The position numbers and the translations under genes are program-made. DNA of 64,000 nucleotides from a bacterium (GTDB taxonomy: Bacteria > Zhuqueibacterota > Zhuqueibacteria > Residuimicrobiales > Krinioviventaceae): the NCBI GenBank assembly GCA_963693055.1, contig OY843751.1, positions 960,001-1,024,000 on the forward strand, read 5' to 3'. Position 1 is the first letter of the stretch; every line of letters begins with the position of its first letter. The notes under the pieces are model-generated. The model worked only from the letters and a program-made list of their open reading frames with translations, was not told the origin of the DNA and did no database searches. Shown here in pieces: positions 58,292 to 64,000 of this stretch.

Positions 58292-60865
58292 TTAATCATT
58301 ACTTGCCTGATAATTGGGGTGTTCTATTGTAATTCCTACTTTTTTTGTATATTTTTGCCCGCTGTTCAAGTCTTTTATATTGATGATTAAATCATAAATT
58401 CCTGTTTCCTGATTTCCTACAGCCAGATTGAGGTAAATGCTTTCGTCGCGGGCTATACCCTGATAGTCAAATGCCGTTCCGGTTTGCCCGTCTTTTCCCA
58501 GCAGACTTTTAAAGAAACCATACAGTTTCTGTTCTTTTAGGTTTTCTATGGGACCAGCCGGTTTTAAACTGCACTCTAAATTGAAATGAGTTTTAAATTC
58601 ATTGTTGAGAATTAAATTGTATATTTCAAAATAGATGCCAATTGTGGCATTTGACGGATAAGCTGAAAACATGTGAGGTGTATAAGTGATATCATTTTTG
58701 GTGAATTTGGAATATTCGGTTTTTACTGTAATCGGATTGGATAGAATTACATCACTGGTTAAAAGTTGATTTGTATTATAGTTAACAATCTCAAGCGTGT
58801 CTCTATAAACTCCTGTACGATGAGATAAAAGGTCAGTAAATTGTAATTCATAAACATGAGAGCCGGGTTTGATAGAAGTACGATCTAATCTAACAGCTGA
58901 ATTGTATTTCCAGACATCCGGTCTAACATCTACCGGTACTTTTTCAGTTTTTTTGATTCGAACTGAAGGGTCCCAATTCCTGTCATACATACCTAAAAAT
59001 GTTTTCAGGTGCAATTCAGGGGGAGACTGAGAACGGTCCAGAACAGTTTGGTTGCCTTCCAGCAGATAATAAAGCTCAAGATCCGTTTGATTGTTTTCAC
59101 CTTTAAAACTCAGAAAGGTATAAGGAATGGTTAGTGGCTTTGAAATGTATCTATAATCTGAACTTTCAGTTTGTAGTGCTGATTTTAAATCATCAAGTGT
59201 TTCTTTTTTAAATTCAACACACATACGTTTAACTTGTTCAATATCAGGCCTGTCCATAAAAGAGACTACACTCAATTGCCCGTATTTAGGATCAAGGTCT
59301 TCCCGGCCTGCTGGTGCATATGGGATGGCCTCAATAACCCATCCCAGAAATCCGCCGTATTTTTTGAAATGGAAAATCATTTCTGGGCGGGTATCGGTTT
59401 TGAAATATTTCCAGCTGAGGTTCATTGGCAGGTTGTCAAAATATTCTTTACGGTATAAACTTTCACCCAGATCAGCCCTGGGAACCCGTGGCGCTCCTAC
59501 CGCCATTTGGGCTTCATCATCAGGAGATTCGTTCAGTCTTCTGGCAATTTCACCTGAATTGGCGCTGATCCCTCCAACAATATGACGCATTGACGCATCA
59601 TATTCATCCTGTTTTTTTAGACGCCATGCAATATAATCTTCTGAAATAATATTTGGCATGCCATCCATTGATCTTGCCTGGTCATCCGGGAATCCATGGC
59701 GTATAAAAATGAGCCCTAGGTCGTCCAGATCCCGTTCACTATTGATGATAGCTTGAGGAAAACCAGCTGCTTTGAGCATTTGTGAACCCTGAATATTGTA
59801 GTTGGCAAAGGGATGAGAGTCCTGATAGGCTACTTCGTTAAATCTGTTACTCAACATGTATCTGCGAAAGTTTTTTTGAGCAAATGCAAGTCTTCGGTAA
59901 TGTTCACCAATTCTTTCGTTTTCCAGAGTAGCATAATTGGGGTCGCGAACATTCCAAAAGCGTTTATAAAAAATTGGCAGGTCCTGCATGCGCGTGTTTT
60001 GTAATTTGTCATGCTCCTTATCAGTTAACAGGTAGCTAAGATCTTTATAAATTTCAATTACTGTTGAGCTGTCTTGAATGTTTTCAATAGCTTTCCAATA
60101 GTGTTTTAATCCCTTTGCATCATCCTGCATATTGAAATAGTTTCTGGCCAAAAGCAGATCAAGCATGCTTGTAGAATAATTCGGGAATATTTTTTGTGTT
60201 TCTAATAACTGATCCAGGCTGAGCTGGTAATGTCCTGCAGCAAAATGGACATGCGCGAGGTTCAGGTAATACTGGGGATTGTTCGGATTTTTTTCTATCA
60301 GATAGTTGATGGTTTCGATTATGTTTTCATTGTCTTGCATCCATATTGCAATTTCAAGGAATTGCTGGAATATTTCCTGATTATCGGGATTGTGTCGAAT
60401 GGCTTTGTTGTATAATTTTAGGGTTTGTTCCGGCATATCTAATAGTTTATTGGCATTGCCTATTTCAAGCCATGCATCTGAAATAGTGGGATCGTATATG
60501 ACAGCTTTTTCAAAATAATCGCGAGCTTTGATGATGCGTTTGGGTCGATGTTTGTAGACCATTCCCATTTGATAATATGCGCGTGCATATTCCCTGTCAA
60601 GTTGAGTTGCCCTTCTAAATTCGTTCAAGGCATCCCTCCCCGCGGGATTTTTTGAATAATAAACCATACCCATGCCATAATGTGCCTGGGCAATATCATT
60701 ATCCTTGTCCAGGATAGATTTGAACAGTTTTTCTGCTTTTTTTAATTCTTTTTTGTAGACATGTGACATCCCCTGGTCGAACAATGGCTGCCACCAAAGA
60801 TCAGCTTCTGATGCTAACAAAACCGATGAAAAGAAGATTACTGCTAAACAGGTAATATTTTTCAA
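58292..60865 (-). CDS. Exported TPR + GWxTD-domain protein
   Basis: Signal peptide, multiple TPRs, 'FWNVRDPNYATLENE..EHYRRLAFA..NF' and 'G.IFIRHG.PD', plus C-terminal Ig-like strands. Confidence 0.78.
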   Translation of the reverse strand: MKNITCLAVIFFSSVLLASEADLWWQPLFDQGMSHVYKKELKKAEKLFKSILDKDNDIAQAHYGMGMVYYSKNPAGRDALNEFRRATQLDREYARAYYQMGMVYKHRPKRIIKARDYFEKAVIYDPTISDAWLEIGNANKLLDMPEQTLKLYNKAIRHNPDNQEIFQQFLEIAIWMQDNENIIETINYLIEKNPNNPQYYLNLAHVHFAAGHYQLSLDQLLETQKIFPNYSTSMLDLLLARNYFNMQDDAKGLKHYWKAIENIQDSSTVIEIYKDLSYLLTDKEHDKLQNTRMQDLPIFYKRFWNVRDPNYATLENERIGEHYRRLAFAQKNFRRYMLSNRFNEVAYQDSHPFANYNIQGSQMLKAAGFPQAIINSERDLDDLGLIFIRHGFPDDQARSMDGMPNIISEDYIAWRLKKQDEYDASMRHIVGGISANSGEIARRLNESPDDEAQMAVGAPRVPRADLGESLYRKEYFDNLPMNLSWKYFKTDTRPEMIFHFKKYGGFLGWVIEAIPYAPAGREDLDPKYGQLSVVSFMDRPDIEQVKRMCVEFKKETLDDLKSALQTESSDYRYISKPLTIPYTFLSFKGENNQTDLELYYLLEGNQTVLDRSQSPPELHLKTFLGMYDRNWDPSVRIKKTEKVPVDVRPDVWKYNSAVRLDRTSIKPGSHVYELQFTDLLSHRTGVYRDTLEIVNYNTNQLLTSDVILSNPITVKTEYSKFTKNDITYTPHMFSAYPSNATIGIYFEIYNLILNNEFKTHFNLECSLKPAGPIENLKEQKLYGFFKSLLGKDGQTGTAFDYQGIARDESIYLNLAVGNQETGIYDLIINIKDLNSGQKYTKKVGITIEHPNYQASND

Positions 60866-60998
60866 TGTACTCTCCCCATATGTTCAAGTTATTTGAAATG
60901 TTGCTAATGGTACCCCAACTGATATTACAAAACAAGCCATATTAATTTATATAAAAAAATTATCATAAATGCAAGAAATTAAAAGCCTTTTTTTTATT

Positions 60999-61574
60999 TC
61001 AAGGAGTTGTGAATGATGGCTCTGTGGGTTCTGTGATGGCCGTGTCACGTTCCCAACCGCTGTATTGTAATTCAAGGGATTCTATTGCAATTTCGTTTGA
61101 ATTGGCATCAAACTCGGTTACAGGGCTGTATTGTGCCGGCCAGCAGTTGTAAACCTTGAAGGCCATAACAATTTGTCCTGCTTCATTCAGCAATTCAATT
61201 ATTATGTCTTTTTTATATTCAGATTGGGGTGTACTAGAATTGTTATTCCAGACCTGGGTTGCCCATTGTTCAAAGGATGTATCATGAGTGCGGCCCCGCT
61301 CAAGTAAAAGAGGCTGAACAGTTGTTTTTCCGGGCACCTGCTTAACTGTACCGTTTTTGTCATTTCCTGATTTATAAACCATTATTTGAGTTTCCCGGTG
61401 CAAACCACTGATATGGAAAATTCCGGGTATATATTTCCCGTCCCATTTTACTCTGAATTTACTGCGATTATAAGGATTTGTTCGGTGTGTATTTACAGCA
61501 AACTCGATTGCAATGGATGAACCTGTTGCAAATAGTATTAAAAGGATTATCGAAACAATTCTAATTTTTTTCAT
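60999..61574 (-). CDS. Phage tail tube-like (T4 gp19/Afp1-5 family) protein with a Sec signal peptide
   Basis: 'NPY...KFRVKWDG', 'PGKT....LERG.THD..FEQWA', 'KKDIIIELLNEAG' and 'CWP...DANSNEIAIESLELQYSGWERD'; N-terminal MKKIR-hydrophobic-SIA; AGGAG RBS. Confidence 0.85.
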   Translation of the reverse strand: MKKIRIVSIILLILFATGSSIAIEFAVNTHRTNPYNRSKFRVKWDGKYIPGIFHISGLHRETQIMVYKSGNDKNGTVKQVPGKTTVQPLLLERGRTHDTSFEQWATQVWNNNSSTPQSEYKKDIIIELLNEAGQIVMAFKVYNCWPAQYSPVTEFDANSNEIAIESLELQYSGWERDTAITEPTEPSFTTP

Positions 61575-61598
61575 AATGAACTCCTGATTTTCAATATA

Positions 61599-62135
61599 TT
61601 ATCGAATACTGAGATCCCGTTCCCAACCTTCATGTTCCAGTACAAGTATTTCCATTGCTTCATCACTACTGTTTTTTTCCAGTTTGGTCAAGGGAACATA
61701 TTTTGCCGGCCAGCATCTGTAAACTTTGAATGCCATCAAGGTCCTGCCTGTATTGTCTACCAGTTCAATAATAATATCTTTGCGAAAATCTCTCAAAGAG
61801 ACTTCTGATCCCATTCCTCCGCTTACATAACTAACTTTATTTGCCCATTTTTCAAATTCATTGTCCATGGTGCGCGGTCTTTTGAGCACAATAGGTTGAT
61901 ATTCTGTCTGTCCGGGTGCCCTTTGTGCGGAATTGGGACTAGCTCCATTGCGATATTCAATAACCTCGGTTGTTCTTACAAGATCACTAACAAATGAAAT
62001 ATCAGGAATAACTTTCCCATCCCATTTGACATGGAAATCGACTTGTACATTCCCGGATGATGGTGGTTGAGCGAATGAATTTAAAAATAAAGTGAATATA
62101 AAGACGGAAAGTAGAATGAATTTAAATTGTTTCAT
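61599..62135 (-). CDS. Phage tail tube-like (gp19 family) protein with a Sec signal peptide (paralog)
   Basis: 'FHVKWDG', 'RTTEVIEYRNG', 'PGQTEY..I.LKR', 'FEKWANKV', 'FRKDIIIEL' and 'CWP...LEHEGWERD'; signal MKQFK-hydrophobic-SFA|Q; GGAGG RBS. Confidence 0.85.
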   Translation of the reverse strand: MKQFKFILLSVFIFTLFLNSFAQPPSSGNVQVDFHVKWDGKVIPDISFVSDLVRTTEVIEYRNGASPNSAQRAPGQTEYQPIVLKRPRTMDNEFEKWANKVSYVSGGMGSEVSLRDFRKDIIIELVDNTGRTLMAFKVYRCWPAKYVPLTKLEKNSSDEAMEILVLEHEGWERDLSIR

Positions 62136-62546
62136 ATTTTCCTCCAGGATGTTTATATAATAAACCCATACGTTTCCGGATTTATTCTATATGAGGATAA
62201 TGTTTTTCGTAATAACTTAGTATGAGCGGGATTATTAAGATATTGGTTTTTACAGGTTAATTTTTGAAATGGTATGTAAATCTGGTCTTACCCGTGAGCC
62301 TTTTTTAACAGATTTGAGGTGAGAGAAAAGTATTGTGTGATTAATTTTGAATTGTGTGGATGAACTTGAAGTTTAATACGAATGATACAAATGAAACTAA
62401 TTTTCTCATATTAGATTTACTGATTCATTTTAAAATTCCATTGGACCTTTGATAATATGTTATTTTTTTTTTTCGTATTCATTCAACAAATGTCTTGACA
62501 TTATTTGATCACTTTTAGATAGAACTTTAAGTTAAGATTATCGCAA

Positions 62547-63323
62547 TTACTTTCTGCGGGTGAATAACAAACCGGACCAGGTATTGTCAATAGAGCATAT
62601 TTTATAATCTACCAGTCCGGCAGCCAGACCCGTATTGCGTATCAGGGTTTGAGTAATATCAGTCTTAACTCCCGAAGATTTTTTAGGCCATGCGATCCAT
62701 AGTTTTTGTTCTCCGTATTGCTTGCTGATTGCTGCAATCTGATCTTCCAGGTCAGCCATGCTGTTTAGAAACCAAAGGGTGACATCTCCGGGTGAATTTT
62801 TAGAGGATTGCAATTTTGCTCCATTTGGTAGTTGGGGGGCAAGCATGTCTTTAAATCCATCAGGTTCATTTAACAGCGTTACAACAGAGTCTGGTTTGAT
62901 TCCGAGTTTTTTAGGAAGGGGAGTTCCCGAATAGGCGGCCATAGTAGATTCCGGTACAACCGGGGCCGCGGGAGGCGATTCTATTGCCTGTTTAAGAGCC
63001 TTTTGAATTTGGTCCCATTCCGTATAAACGGCATCGGGTAAGATGGATTGTGTTTTTAAAACTTTATCTGGTTCTCCTTCAACAAATACGATAGGCATAT
63101 TACGGGTGTTTTTATAACTTCTGAACCCAATTGCTACATCGCGTCCTACTGATGGTTTTCGTGAGAGATCAATAACCATTATATCCGGTGGATCATCACG
63201 CAATTGTCTCATACTCTTGTTATCAATCGGCCCTGATGCTACCTGGTATCCGAATGATTGCAGGATTTCAGACAAGGATTCTGCTTTTTCTACATCCCAA
63301 TGTAATAGATATATTGAATACAA
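62547..63323 (-). CDS. Atypical receiver-like domain fused to a DUF3052-like domain
   Basis: N-terminal REC-like fold ('PPDIMVIDL', 'PIVFV'); C-terminal 'YSGTPLPKKLGIK...WIAWPKKSSG...GLVDYKICSID.TWSGL'. Confidence 0.6.
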   Translation of the reverse strand: MYSIYLLHWDVEKAESLSEILQSFGYQVASGPIDNKSMRQLRDDPPDIMVIDLSRKPSVGRDVAIGFRSYKNTRNMPIVFVEGEPDKVLKTQSILPDAVYTEWDQIQKALKQAIESPPAAPVVPESTMAAYSGTPLPKKLGIKPDSVVTLLNEPDGFKDMLAPQLPNGAKLQSSKNSPGDVTLWFLNSMADLEDQIAAISKQYGEQKLWIAWPKKSSGVKTDITQTLIRNTGLAAGLVDYKICSIDNTWSGLLFTRRK

Positions 63324-63340
63324 TAGAGTTTCCTCAAGAG

Positions 63341-64000
63341 CTAGTTGATTTTTATGTTAAAAACCAATACAACCAGAGTAAATGTAAACAGTGTAATCAA
63401 CATAACAAACAAGATGTTGAGGAAAATCCCGGCTCTGGCCATTTTGGGGATTGTTATGGTGCCGCTGCCATAAATAATTGCATTAGGCGGAGTTGCCACG
63501 GGCAGCATAAATGCGCAACTTGCTGCAATGGCAGTTGGAACAACAAACAATAACGGATCTTGCCCAATACTAACCGCAACGGAAGCCATAATGGGTAAAA
63601 ACGCGGCAGTTGTTGCAGTATTGCTCGTCAGTTCAGTTAAAAGGATAATACATGCTGTTATGATAAATACAATGATGATAATATGTGGATACTGAATTTG
63701 AGAGAGTTGGGTGCCAATCCATACTGAAAGGCCTGTACTGCTAATTGCAGATGCCAATGATAATCCACCCCCAAACAGTAATAATACTCCCCAGGGTAAT
63801 AACTGCATGTCTTTCCAATCCAACAAGAATTCACCATTATTCCAGTCTGCGGGTACAAGAAACATGAGTAATGCTCCCAGAATTGCTATACCTGTATCAG
63901 AAATACCGGGAACCATGTTTTGTAACAAGGGGCGAATGATCCAAAGTAGGGCCACAAGCGCAAAAACAACAGCTACTTTGATTTCATTTGCAGACATTTT
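63341..64000 (-). CDS. DASS/SLC13 sodium:dicarboxylate/sulfate symporter, C-terminal part (5' end outside the window)
   Basis: 'LPWGVLLLFGGGLSLA', 'TELTSNTAT' and 'AFMLPVATPPNAI' motifs. Confidence 0.92.
   Translation of the reverse strand, partial: KMSANEIKVAVVFALVALLWIIRPLLQNMVPGISDTGIAILGALLMFLVPADWNNGEFLLDWKDMQLLPWGVLLLFGGGLSLASAISSTGLSVWIGTQLSQIQYPHIIIIVFIITACIILLTELTSNTATTAAFLPIMASVAVSIGQDPLLFVVPTAIAASCAFMLPVATPPNAIIYGSGTITIPKMARAGIFLNILFVMLITLFTFTLVVLVFNIKIN

Noticed and set aside
60999-62135. Prophage or complete eCIS/T6SS locus
   Set aside because: No sheath, baseplate, spike, capsid, terminase or integrase genes nearby; only the two tube-like genes.
1-64000. CRISPR array, rRNA or recognisable riboswitch
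   Set aside because: No regularly spaced direct repeats, rRNA-like sequence or riboswitch consensus found by eye; a covariance-model scan was not possible.

Overview
AT-rich bacterial chromosomal DNA, most likely from an FCB-superphylum lineage (KSB1/Calditrichota-like). This is inferred from two 'QNYPNPFNP...KM(V/L)L(L/V)K' C-terminal sorting domains, a GWxTD-type protein and a TonB receptor with an N-terminal carboxypeptidase-regulatory-like domain. Positions 79-18714 hold a large surface-glycan locus: two Wzx flippases, four GT4s, a DPM1-like GT2, DUF2304, three GT-C enzymes, an O-antigen ligase/polymerase-like protein, a methyltransferase and a secreted hydrolase-like protein. A 2741-aa Ig-repeat surface protein follows it, and two sigma54-type motifs are visible in this region. 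At that gene's stop codon sits a 1873-bp IS-like element (27155-29027) with 20-bp terminal inverted repeats and flanking TAA repeats. It encodes only two paralogous DUF1670-like proteins and no recognisable DDE transposase. The rest is mostly housekeeping: tamAB-like genes, mscS, tRNA-Gly(CCC), ackA, a C69 peptidase, a beta-CASP nuclease, cmoAB, a membrane regulator/TBDR/secreted-protein unit, two glutamate dehydrogenases around a PEP-synthase-like protein, xylB, slyD and a DASS transporter. Three candidates for undescribed biology stand out: (1) two orphan contractile-tail tube (gp19/Afp1-like) genes that both carry Sec signal peptides; (2) the DUF1670-pair mobile element; (3) a GT-C enzyme carrying an apparently circularly permuted copy of the giant surface protein's N-terminal domain. 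All family assignments were made by eye, without database searches.
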